Origin: Bugula neritina
Lineage: Eukaryota > Animalia > Bryozoa
Direction of reading: 5' to 3'
Assembly (NCBI GenBank): GCA_964035545.1
Contig: OZ037765.1
Span: forward strand, 25,543,504-25,607,503
Length of the DNA: 64,000 bases
Position 1 is the first letter of the stretch. Each line of letters starts with the position of its first letter. Of the stretch, positions 1-14,342 are shown in pieces. Below the pieces are notes generated by a model. It was not told the DNA's origin. It was given only the letters and a program-made list of their open reading frames with translations, and searched no databases. A program made the translations under genes and the position numbers.

Positions 1-1256
1 AATTTAACTGTCTCTGAGTTCGATCAAAGGGCAGGTGGAAGGATTTTAAATCATAAATACTAATTTGCTTGTTTTGCTACTGTTGAATCAATATATTCAA
101 CTATTTATTTCAAAGGTAGTTTAATTTTAGTTATCTTATCCACCTAGGTGTTGTGGTGTTTGAATCTTAATTTTTAATCAGATTCAACTCCTAATTTCAA
201 TATGTTTAAAGTTTTAGCCAGTGTTAGGCAATATTCTAATTTACTGATAAAATAAGGTAATAAAAAAAACACTAATAATAAACTAAGGAGTGGGAATGGC
301 ATGTAAATGTCAGCTCTAAATCAAGGCACTAAATTGATAAAGCAGCTTCCCAGCCAGTAAACAACATAGCCATAAACCTAGTTCTTATCTCCTTAGATAA
401 GCCTTTTATTGATAAAACAGAAACGCATTTATTATAATATTATCAAGATAGGTGTTATTGAAAGCTGTACTTTGAGCCAGCATTTTTATAATTACACAAT
501 GCAGTGATGAGTCAGTGTCAACAGCCAGTTTATCAAAAAGTCATTAGAAATTAATTCAATAATGGCTGCAACACTGACACTGAGTGCTAATGTCCTCAAC
601 GTTATCACAAAATTTAGCTGATACTCAGCCATTGGTGACTACCATACATAGTTATACCAGTCTATTATATATTATACTGCATTGTATTAATTCATTCAGG
701 TGTAAGAACAAGCCTTATATATTTATTGCCAGTTTGATCTTAAATGTTGACATTTGGTACATAATTATTGATCTGCTACTCAAGTTGAGCAAGTAGGACT
801 GCATTACTAGACATGTATGTTATTGATTGCCTGACAATTTGCTATGCAGCTAGAAAGCAAAGGAGTCTGGGAAGTTAGCAGCTATTATACAGGACATACA
901 CATACATAAAAGGCATTGGGCTAAAAATATGTCACTTTGCCCTACTTTTACTGTGTATAAAATCCTGCACCTGTACAAACAAAAAATTCCACAAACCAAG
1001 TACTACATTCATTATATGGGTGGACTTTAAGCATTCCATGCTAACAGAGCCAAAAAACTTTAAAAGGAAACGTTTCCATACACTGAAGCCCCATAAATCA
1101 TGAATACTAACATAGCAAAACAGCCAAATATTGGCAAATGATATATCAAAGATTAGTTTTACCATAATGCTAGCAAACTTTAGGGTACAACAACTTTGCT
1201 TTTAGTAAGCATGCCATCAGCACAGTTGGCATGTAATAATTTAGCACCAGCATAGT

Positions 1257-1427
1257 GCAGCCGTGGTCTAGGGGTTAGAGTGTTTGACAAAGAAGGCCAT
1301 TGGTGATGTTAGGAAGAACATCCAGTCATAATTGCTCCTGTGCCTCATTTAAATAAGTCCTTAGCCAGCTTTAACAAAAACCCTTTCTATCAGGGGTATC
1401 TCGCAGGGATAGTGACTATAAAACTTG
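1257..1427 (+). mobile_element. tRNA-derived SINE, copy 1 (internally deleted around the B box)
   Basis: Collinear similarity to 59835-60026 (GCAGCCRTGGTCTAGG, ATTGGTGATGYTAGG, CCAGTCATAATTGCT, AATAAGTCCTTAGC, GGATAGTGACTATAAA); A-box-like TGGTCTAGGGG head. Confidence 0.75.
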
Positions 1428-1750
1428 CATGAGTTTTTTTTATAGTGCCAGTATTTAAATGCTAAAGAAATACCATGGTGTATTATTTAAATATGATGTC
1501 ATGCTGTGACAAATTTCAAGCAACTTATAAAGTATGTAAAACAGTGATAATCTAAATTTTTATTTTAAATAAGAAGAGCCAGTACAAAGTAGACTGGAGA
1601 ACACAAGTTGTATTACTACTGAAAAGTTGTCTCCCCTTTATACAGACTAGGAAGTTCAAGTTGAGGTCAACCGATGACAATACACTACGCAAGGCTCATA
1701 GCTGCTTATGAAAATAAGAGAAAATATTATACTATCAGAGATAAACACAC

Positions 1751-4700
1751 CTGAGAGATCTCCAGGCAAGGTAGCCTGCCAACTTGAGCACCAGTGAAAC
1801 CATAAACAGAATTTGCACTGATCTTAAGGGCAAGCTGCCGACCATCTAACACTTTTTTCTTGAATGGATCCGTTTCATTTTTTAGATCTAACTTAGCTCT
1901 ACAAAGAAAAAAATAAGAGATGCTCTGCATATTTATAACTTGACCCATGGGGGGGGAGGGTGTCTTACACCAAAATGAGAGGAACTACATTTTTAGTCTG
2001 AATTAGCTGAGTGTCTTTTCAACAATTGAATTTAGTTTTGTTTCCAATAGATAGTCAAATATAACATTGACTTTGTGTAACTTCTTATATGTCTTATATT
2101 ATTCTCTTGTCAATATATTCTGGAGTGCCAAGGTCATATAAAGTTTTATAAACACAATTAGTTGCCAACAATATGTAGCAAAGCACTTTGATTCAATAAA
2201 GCACAATGTTTTTCTCCATTGTAAACTAATAGATTCATGTGCACTGACACTAATGTCATGAGATGGCAATGGGCCCAAAATCAGTTGGTTTATACTTTGC
2301 TTTATGGAGTCTCAAGTGTGAGCCATGAGTGGTCATTTCATTACACTCACTAAATTATCTATCAAGTGCTGAGATAACTTGCTAACAAAAATAGCTGCAT
2401 ACAAAACTGCACTTAGAATGAGTAATTCTCTACAAATAGCAGGTTTTAAGTTCTAAGTGAGATGCATTTAACATAAAACAGTTCAAAATTAGATAAAACC
2501 ACTAAACTTCGTTCCACTATTCTTCTATGCAGATGCAAATCAAAAATTGCTCGATAGAAGTTGCAGTGTCAACTGCTAAATTTGATCCAAAATCGATGTT
2601 GACCAAAGCTCAGATAAAAATTAAAAGTTTCTGTAAAAAAACTTCCTTGATATAAACAGTTAGAGAGTGAAGCTCCTGATGTGTCATAACAACAGATAAT
2701 TATTAATGAATGTAGTGACGAACTATCCCCAAGCATAAGTAGCACCACTGCATACCTATGGCATTCTTTGGCCGCATATCTTACCTACGTGCACTGTATA
2801 TTCAACAAGCAACTTTGGATATGTACTTAGGAAACTAACGCATCCTGTTACTTATTGTAAATTAATCATCTTCCGTCATTATTCCAATACAATAGAAAGC
2901 TGGTAAAAAGGCAACCTACTAGTATATATTATCTTGTTTATAAACAATAGTATTTTAGAATGAAAGCTGTAAACAACTTTTGCAACTTCCCAGTATTAAC
3001 TTCTAATCCAGCATATTATATAGTATTTCAGTTATTCATATTGTGGAGCAGATTACGCAATGAAAGTAATACTTTCTTCACTACCTAAAAAATGCAAATA
3101 GAAACTTGATTAATTAGTTTGCCACTAACTTGACATTACACACTGGTTTTACAATAACCTGTTATTACATTTCATCAAATGTGGACATATTTCTACACAG
3201 TTTAATTCAACAGCTGCAAACTTTTACACAGTTGTTTTTTGCCAACTCCCTTTGACAACTTGTTATTGATGTTATTTCATGTTCATATCACTTATCTGAA
3301 TAACTTGAGTTATTAGACCAGTTTTATAAATGTTTGCCCTTGAGCAACATTTAGCAACTGCCAATACTTCATGACACACATCCTCCGTTTCCATGGTGTT
3401 ATTGGCACTGTAAATCATGCTGGTGCACAACAATGAGGGCACCACTGATGTTAATCACATTGTACTTGAGAATTTACATATGCCATTTAAAGTACACAGG
3501 GGGAGGTCTGTGAACAACATGGTCTCTTTAGCCACCACCTTATTAGAAAACCAGCAAGTTTTAAACAGCCATATTTTGAACACCCAGTAACATAATATAT
3601 TTAAATTAACTGGTGGTCTTCGGATTGACTGGAAAGTTATCAGCGAAAAGCACATTCCAAACAAAACTTTCTTCTATTCTCATTCTTACAATTAAAAAGT
3701 TTGTACCAAAAATGTAGCTCTTTGAATGTGTCTTCCATCTTGATTCTGTCTTAGCAGTATTTAGATGTGGAAGGCCACTCAGAACTATGAGCAAGACTTA
3801 TTGTAATCAAGGGAAAATTCAACCCCACATCCACCAGTATAAATTACACAGACATCTCTTACTTTTTCCTGGCTGTTAGCAGATCATTCAATATCTCCGG
3901 CAACAGACCAGGCCTTAGAGATTCCTTGACAAAGTAGTTGCCTGAAGGTGTCTTATTATACTGTTCCTCTCCAAGACCCTCCCTGCTGATTGCCCCTGGA
4001 GCAAGCAGGGTTGTGTAACAGAGGTTATGCGCCATCATGATGGAAGGGTAAAGTGAAGCAAAGTCCAGAGTGGCAATGGGGGTATTGTAATACCTTCAAA
4101 TATAGAACATGTGCTGCAAGTTTCCAACTAGTGTGATAAGAAACCTCAATGGAAAAGCTGAGCAACAGTGCAACTGCAATAAATTGTCAAAAACATAAAC
4201 AGTTTTCACATTTTCATCAACTATCTTATAATGGAAACTAGCAACCCGCAGGAGTATTTTTAGCATCGTTTTACACAAACTGTAGATTGCAAAATATTTG
4301 CAATATAGCCTACTTACCCTCGAACTGGCTCAATGACAGTAGCACCTGTGTACTCATCCCCCACTTGCATAACCAAAACAGGTATCAAAAGATCTTGAGT
4401 CTTTGCCTACAATAAGAAATTTCAATCAAAAACAGCCATATTCTAAGCAAACAATATGATATTTGTTCAGAACCATTACAAGGCATATTATACAGTACAT
4501 TAACTTATCATAAGACAATAATATTTATTCAGTATAATAAATTGACATTTTCAATAAACCAAATATTTGACATGTTTCACAGAATATAAACGATATTATT
4601 CTGTTCAAATATTGTTAACCTGAATAAATTAGTCCTTTCCAACATTAACTTCAGATTGCAAATACAATCAAGGTTAGTTTTCAAACCTTTGCAAATAAGC

Positions 4701-7700
4701 AACCTATTATTAGCACTTGTTGAACATATTGAACAGCTACATCGAAAAAATATGTTGCGTAACGAGACCTTTCTGAGAAGCTGAGATATGACTTTGATCT
4801 GCTGTCCCCTAGAGAGTAGGTAGTTGAGAGGGACGCCGGTCACACGGGCCATCTCCATGTAGTTGATAACACACATCAGTTTATCCAGCAACCTCAGAGG
4901 TAGTATAGCGTCTTTCATACAATATACAGCCAACCTACGTCTCGTCTGGTCATTGCCATTCTATAATTATATCCAAATATTGAGAACTTCATAGAATTGA
5001 ACAGCCAATGTTAGTTTTCTTTCTAATTTGAGTTGAAATTTGCTACAAATTCCCAATTTTTGAATGCAGCTTTTACTTTTAAATTGTTTTTAAAGAGACT
5101 CTTCCTCAAAACTATATTTCTAAACATTTTAAAATCAATTTAAATAGAGAAAATAGAATGAAATATACTCTTAATTTGTTGAAGCAACTGGAAGCAATAA
5201 CTCGTGAAGTTGTCTTTCCAGTAGAAGACAACTTCCATAAATAAGAAAGTTGGGATAAAATGGACAATTTTTTGTATTTTGTACTAAAGCTAGTTGTGTG
5301 GATAAAATCAAAAATTTAGATTAAATCACCGTTAATACTTTAAACACAGTTAATACTTAGGATGGATACGTCTGTACTAATATAACTAAACCAAGATTAA
5401 ATGCAATCGTGAATTATTAATGCAATGTTATTGAAGTATTAGTAAAAATAAACCTGCAGATCTGTGATGATTGCATGATGGACATCTTCCTTCTGTTCTC
5501 CAAGGAAATGGTAAGACACAGCATTGAGTGAATAACTCCTCAACTTGTAGTCTCTGAACAGAACCTGCAGGTAAGTTATTATATGATATAATATATGCGG
5601 ATATATGTGTGATATTGACATGGTAGTCATATAAAGCATACAGTTGAGACATAAACCTAAACACCAGTGTGGTAATAAATATAGAAAAGATAATCATAGC
5701 AGATAAAAAACAATAAAACACTTCAAGTTCAGATAGAAGAAGTTACTGCACCAATTATAATAATAGAAAACTCCAACATCAATTTACATACAATACATTC
5801 AACTGAAATATAACATAACTTGCTTCATTAAATAAAAACTATATGTTTGTTGAGTGAAGCTGTTGTAGCTTTCATGACTTCCATGTACATGGTACTTCAA
5901 CTTTTGAAGTTTTACTTCACATACATAGCCACGAACTTGTTAAGGATATGCAGTGTTTACATTTGAACTACAATTATAATATTTCATCAATTTCTAAAGC
6001 TAGATATCGTCTGCATAAACTTGTTACATGATTATTATACCTGCAGTAGATCAAACTGAACTCGGCCTTCAACGTTTATTATCTTATTTTCTCTTCGACC
6101 CATTTGCTTAGATGCCACCTCTCGCTCTCTGATAATAGAAGGCATATCCTTGACTCTGCCTAAATACTTGAAGCTTTCAACCTACAAAAAACCCTATCAC
6201 TGCATTACACTGAAAATAAACATTCAAACATCGAAAAGATCAATTTTGTACTTTTGAAGCAGTATTAACAAACTTCTTTTGAATTCACAATACCTTGAGA
6301 TGCTGTGCTCTGTTAATGAGATATGGCAAGTCAAAGTTCTGGATATTATATCCGGTGATGATATCAGGATCAACCTCTCTGACAAATTTGGCCCATTGCT
6401 ACAAGACAAGCTTACATATTAATTTTATAGACAGGATAACAAATAAATAAATTTGAAACTGTAGAGTAACACGGTTAGTTGATACCATCACAGATAATCT
6501 AAAACATACACTAAGTAACTCCATTTCGGTGTTATATGAGTGAACTTTGGATCCAACTATTGGAGCACAACTTTTCAGTGTGAACACATTGCGAATGAAT
6601 GGAGTTTTCTCCCCTTGATTCACAACCATATTTGCAATTTGAATAACTTGATCTTTATCTGGCTCAGGAAATATCCCTAAAACATGCACATTCATAACTA
6701 AGAGCACATAGAAGAAGTAACTGGACACAGAAACTATGAACTATAAACTAGCGGGTAGTATGATTTGTTACAATTTTTATAATAGTTTTAAACGGCTGTT
6801 CATTTCTCTGTCAAAACCACCCCAACAGTTGAAATAAGGCTCTAGATACTATTATTCTTGATACAGAATGGCCTGCACTTTGTCACAAAATAATTCAGAG
6901 TAAGACCAGTAAAGATTTGTTTGAATTTCCTCCAAAACTGGACTTGCATCAAATCATAGTTTATTTTTAAAATTTTAAGAACTTCAATACAAATGTTTGA
7001 AATTTGTAACAATTTCAGAGAAAACAGTCATGGTGTACCTCTTCTTCCAGCACACTCGATGTCAAAACTGAGGACGCGGAATGGAGCACATTTGCTCCAT
7101 TCACCCTCAGGAGAATGTGAAATGAGATCTTCGTAAGACACATCAAGTTCAATTTGACACCGAGACGTCCATCCATTACCAACTGTACGCAGGGAATACT
7201 TAGTGCAAGGTACTTCAATCCAATTGCAGCCCACCACATGTTGATCAACCATAAATCTTGAAAAATAAACGCATTAAATTGGAAATATTGTCCATTTAGT
7301 AAAACAAAAATTGGGCTCTTTTAAATGTAGGATAAATGCTTTGTGTGCATAAACTCGGGATGCAACAGATTTCCGGTAAAAATTAGATGTTCATAATTAG
7401 AAGCTGAAGTTTTACATGAAAGATATGCACCATTGACTTACCTGATCTCAAATTCAACATTGGACTCAAAGGCTTGGTAACTTTGAGGAGAAAATTCACC
7501 AAAGGCAAAGTCACGGTCTAACAATCTTTTAGCAGGAGCAATTAATCGAGGGATGGCCATTGTAATTTGTAGAAAATCTTCTTTTCGGTTACCATGATAC
7601 CCGTATATACCTACACAACAACAGCATGGTACACAGGCTTAAACTTATGCGCTAAATAAACAATCAGCCAATAATACTGGTAAAAGTTACAAATAATACT

Positions 7701-8876
7701 AGTTATAATTGAACTACTAGTGAACAATTATGCAAAAATCTTAAAAATTAAAGTTTTGAGAAATTATCAACAGTTCTAGTGTCGTAATCTGAATTCTCAA
7801 ACTAACTGAAGATAGGTAAGCTTAAAATTTATTACAAAAAAAATTTGCTTGGAAAGGCAACTCTCAAATTGTATTTAGCTGTTGGGTAATATATTTCTGA
7901 AGATCTTAAACATAACTTCAAATGAATACTATTTGCATAATAAACCAAATAGTGCTACAAAGAAACTTCATTAGTAAACTCGAATGTTAGTCAGACAGTA
8001 CTACCCAAACTGTCATACCAAAATCCTGTTAACTTACTTTCTTTCTTCACTATTTCAACAGCTAGCACAGCTTCCTCGATACTTTCTTTATTAGACCGCA
8101 TATCTGTTAGCACCTTTCTGTTTAAGCAATCCTGTAAAACAGTCAAATTGTGTAAAATAGCATAAAAAGTTCTACTAACGATGATAACAAACAACCATAT
8201 ATATGAAGTAACCAACCTTGAAGTCAGAACAGTGCATCTGTTGAAAACCTGAAGGCGCCTTCACGAAGAAATAAGGATGAAATCCGTGAACATGAGCAAG
8301 AACACTGTGACCCTCCATTGTAACTCCATACATTCTTAAAATTGGCACTGGGCCTCTTTGAGCACCAGGCATTCCATTTTTATGAGAACCTTGAGAAAGT
8401 AATAGAAGAGCAAATTTTACTAACATTTGTGTTAGAAATGTACAGATGGTATAGTAATGAAGAAACTTATAGCAAGACTAACCAATATAATGATCAATAT
8501 CTATCTGTTGAAAAACTATTGCATCCTTGGAAGATTCGGGTTGGGTTTTTAAGGGAGGACGGGACCATGAAGTGGTAGCATTAGGGTCTACATCAGGTCC
8601 GGCACCACCTAAATAAACATCACACAACAGTCTTTATAAGACAGTAAAAATTCCTGACTGAGCTTGATTATAATATTATATAAATATAGCAAATCAACAT
8701 GGTGCCATACCGATCGACTTACATTCAGATTCCTGGGAAAAATCTATGTCCATCTCCTCTTCAAAAAGTGCCAATTCCATCTCAAATGCAGAAGGGTCTT
8801 CTTGAGAGCCTCCACCTTTTTTCGATTTTTTGCCATCATAACTCTGTGTAGGAGCACTACGTTTGTTGGCTGCCAT
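1751..8876 (-). CDS. POLD1: DNA polymerase delta catalytic subunit, 5' part (14 coding exons; remainder lies beyond the left edge)
   Basis: Spliced exons 8876-8723, 8608-8483, 8389-8217, 8131-8038, 7610-7442, 7256-7039, 6676-6510, 6398-6294, 6181-6041, 5564-5454, 4960-4769, 4406-4318, 4093-3863, 1898-1751 keep frame. Exo I FDIEC, Exo [10 protein letters not shown], Exo III YCMKDA, Pol motif A DFASLYPS, motif [10 protein letters not shown]. Motif C (YGDTDS) not found in the window. Confidence 0.97.
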
Positions 8877-9626
8877 AACTGGAAAAATATCATACAAAAT
8901 AAACATAATGAATGGCATAAGAACATGTGATGAGCTATATATCTAAAAGCAACAGCACAGTTGGGTTTTAAATTAACTAATGAAGCATGCAAACATGCAA
9001 GCAAAATTAGGTAAAATTCAAGTAAAATTAAGATCCCTAATAAATTGAGACATGTCTAATTTGGTCTTCAGTTAGAGTTAGTGAAAGTGGTAATACTAAT
9101 ACTTGTACTACTAGTAATATTTTCATCTAAACATCAAGTAGCCATCATCATTATGGTTAACATAAAGTTGAATATAACTATAGTCTATAGGCATAGCCAT
9201 AGCAGTATGGACTGTATGAGTATCATAATGATAATCATAGATGTTTTTTCATCTTTCAATTATAATAATTATAATATATATCATAATGTCAAATATGATA
9301 TGAATATGAAACTGAGTATCATCAGAATAATCTAATTTGAAGATTGAATTAAATTATTAATCAATTTTAATAATTTGCATTAAGATTTGTGATCATCAGT
9401 ATGATTATCATTGAGTATGATTTATGAGATTGACTTTGAGTATGACTTACTCTTAGACTAGCGTAACTTCAAGTAGTATCATAATTATAAACTATAACAT
9501 GCTACATTGATGGCGTATTCATATTGATATAACTATTAGTAAATGTATTAGTATTAGTAATAGTGCTATTATATAACTGCAGCGGTACCACAACTACAAG
9601 TATAAAGCATTTTTATTTTATTACAA

Positions 9627-9666
9627 TATCGATAAGTGATATAATATGATTATATCATTTTCCCGC
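9627..9666. promoter_or_regulatory. Candidate POLD1 promoter elements: DRE (TATCGATA 9627-9634) and E2F site (TTTCCCGC 9659-9666)
   Basis: Exact consensus matches, 24 bp apart, in a CpG-containing patch about 750 bp upstream of the POLD1 ATG. Function inferred. Confidence 0.55.
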
Positions 9667-9693
9667 TGCATTGCTAGCCGATGTTGTTAGGTT

Positions 9694-11521
<1,828 letters not shown>

Positions 11522-12089
11522 GTTAGGTTAGTACAGCAATGATGTCTAACGCAAATTACTCTTTTATTTTATTACTAGGTAACTATAATATTATATATTG
11601 GGTGTAACATCGCTTTGATCTCTCCAGATATTTGATCAATTGCCATAACATTTTGAGAAACCGTTCATGAGACATTAATGTATATTTGTTGACATGAGCA
11701 ACAAATTTATAGTTTGAATCTTACATTGAGGTTCAATAGCTATAATGACTAATAATAATGTTCAAATGGTATCAAATCAGTAAAATTAATCAATATTTAA
11801 ATACTGAACAGCAGTGTTCAAAATTAAATTACTCACGATGCATAATCTACTACTATAACTATAAGTATAAGTATAACTATTTCTATGACTATCACTATAA
11901 CTACATAATATAAGTATAAGTATAGCCATAAGCTGATAAGCATAGCATTAGCTACACTCTACGGTGATACTGATAGTGATAGTGATACTGATAGTATAAC
12001 TAAATCACTATAACTATGACTATGAGCATAACTAAAAGTATAACATTAATTAAAAACTATAAGATTAAGTATTAGTAATACTAATAGTT

Positions 12090-13439
12090 TGTGTTTGGCA
12101 AGCGTCTGTCAGTGTTGATAATGCATAGCATCTTCAGTGCTGGTGTCTTGCACGTCTAGCCATAAGACTCTTAGCGTTGTTATCTGAGTCAAATGTCTGT
12201 CCGGTATGAAGGTTTTGCCTCCATTAAGCACGATCATAGGACAGTGTGGTAAAGCTGCTGGGATTTATATGGAAGTCTTTGAGATCTCGCTTTAAGACAT
12301 CTTTAAACCTTAGATAAGGTCTCCCAGTTTGATGGGCTCCTTCTTACAATACGCCATGAAGCAAGATGTGTGGAATGCAATGCTTTGGCATGCGGTTTAA
12401 GTGACCAGCCCAGCAAAGGCGGAGAAATTTAAGCTTTGAGGAAAGAGGACCTGAACCTGTGAGTTGAAAAACATTTTTATTTGTCATCATGTTTTTCCAG
12501 CTTTTACCAAAAATGCATCTTAAGCCTCTGGTGTGAAAAGCACTGAGCTTTGATTCTTGGCATCAATATGTTGCCCAAGTCTCCAATCCATAAAGAAGAA
12601 TGCTGAGAACACACGCTTCATAGACCCTAACTTTGGTGCGAATGCTAAAATGTCTGTTCTTCTATACTCGCTTGTTTAGCCCCCCCCCCCCCAACACAGT
12701 AGCAGCTTTTCCCAATCTGATCAATATTCCCTGGTCAACTGTGGTGTTTTTAGTGAGAGTAGAATCAAGATAAGTAAGTTTATCAACATCCTCAAGCTGA
12801 TTCTGATTGATGGTAAATGTATGGGTCCTTGGAGATTGTGAGAGGGTTACAGTTTTCTTTAGACTTATGATTAGTCCAAAAATATCACACGCATCACTGA
12901 AGCTGTTTAAAAAGTTTTGGAGCTTATAGTAACTCATGAACAACAAACTTTTGAACCTTGGTTCGGGCTCGAAATCGTGCCAATTTGAAGAAGTTACCAT
13001 TATCTCGAGAAAGCAGAAACACACCAGCATCCGCATTCAAGCTAGCATGTTCTGTTTTGAAAACATATGAGAAATATATGCCAAAAAGTGTAGGGGCCAG
13101 CACGCTTCCTTGCTTAACATGCCATCATGGAATGACCTAATGAAGGCAACCAGGGTTGGTGGACAATCAGCCTTGGCTAGTACTGTAAACAGAGTTTTTC
13201 GATTCACAAGATCAAATGCCTCTGTGAGGTCTACAAATGCCAAGAAAAGCGGTCTTCTCTGCTCACGGGACTTCTCCATCAGTTGGCGAACAGCAAAGAT
13301 CATGTCTGTTGTTGATCGTTGTGCCCAGAACCCACATTGTGACTCAGGGTAAATTGTATCAGCCACTTGTTGGAGGCGCTTGAGAAGTATTTTTGCAAAG
13401 ACTTTGCCAGTGAAACTCAATAATGAAATACCACGGTAG
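12090..13439 (-). mobile_element. 5'-truncated, decayed RTE-like non-LTR retrotransposon
   Basis: RT peptides NYRGISLLS, PESQCGF, STTDMIFAVRQLMEKSREQ, FVDLTEAFDLV; frameshifts and stops; candidate TSD TAATAGTT (12082-12089 / 13440-13447). RTE assignment is from motif recognition. Confidence 0.85.
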
Positions 13440-14342
13440 TAATAGTTATGCTTCTACTTACAATATCAATATAAATATGACTATCACAATGGCACTCACA
13501 ATAATTTAGTCATACTCATAGTGCAATAGCCAATAAGTGAAACTGAATAGTCAATAACCATTAAATATAATACTGATTTTAAGTAGTATATACTTACAGT
13601 TATTGAGTTATTATATATTAATATAGTCAATAACTTGATAATAACAATTATATATTTAATATTTATAGTGTAAATATAATAATAATAATACTAATGCTAT
13701 CACTTAATGATAATATAGGTGTATACTAATAGTAGCGTAATACTGATTTTAAAAGTGTTGAAACTATAAACCTAGTAGTTACAATATTTTTAATTTCAAT
13801 TACTAGGTCTAGTAGTAGTAGCTTAGGCTTGGCCTTGTAGCACAAGTTCTAAGAGAATGATAATGGTTAGTCTTAGTGTTCAAGCTTTTAGTCCTATAAC
13901 TCTCAACTGTTGGTGTAACCTAGCTAATTTGTAAGTGAAAACTAATTTGTTCTTTTGACTTTTTGCATTATTTATAAATTCACTGATGGTAATTTATAAT
14001 AGTTGGTACTTTTATTAGCAAGTATTATTAGTTTATTTTTTTCTCTTATTTGTTAGGTGTCTCTCTTGTTTTGTTAAAATTGATCTTTTATGTACACAGT
14101 ACATTGTTTTAAAGATTACATAGACTGAATTAATTTCAACATTCAAATTCTTGCAGTTTTAATATTGAAGAAGGTGTTGATGAGATTTAAATTCATAATT
14201 TTTGCTGTTTGGGCTTGTAAGAAATTAAGTAGTAGTATGTATGCTTTTAGCTGATTTTCTCACACTTACTACACCTGTACTTTACGTAGGCTAATAATCA
14301 TATCACGTTAAACTGTTATTACATGTGGTAGGTGCATACTAA

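Noticed and set aside
501-587. GTGATGA ... CTGA with internal hairpin, resembling a C/D snoRNA; minus strand also reads DTDS
   Set aside because: Antisense to the POLD1 intron, no recognisable rRNA guide, and the DTDS lacks the YG context and splice sites of POLD1 motif C.
9081-9335. I/L/V/T/N-rich ORFs here and at 41876-42097, 55332-55592, 56910-57182, 56942-57127
   Set aside because: By-products of the 3-periodic low-complexity tracts; no splice context or domain.
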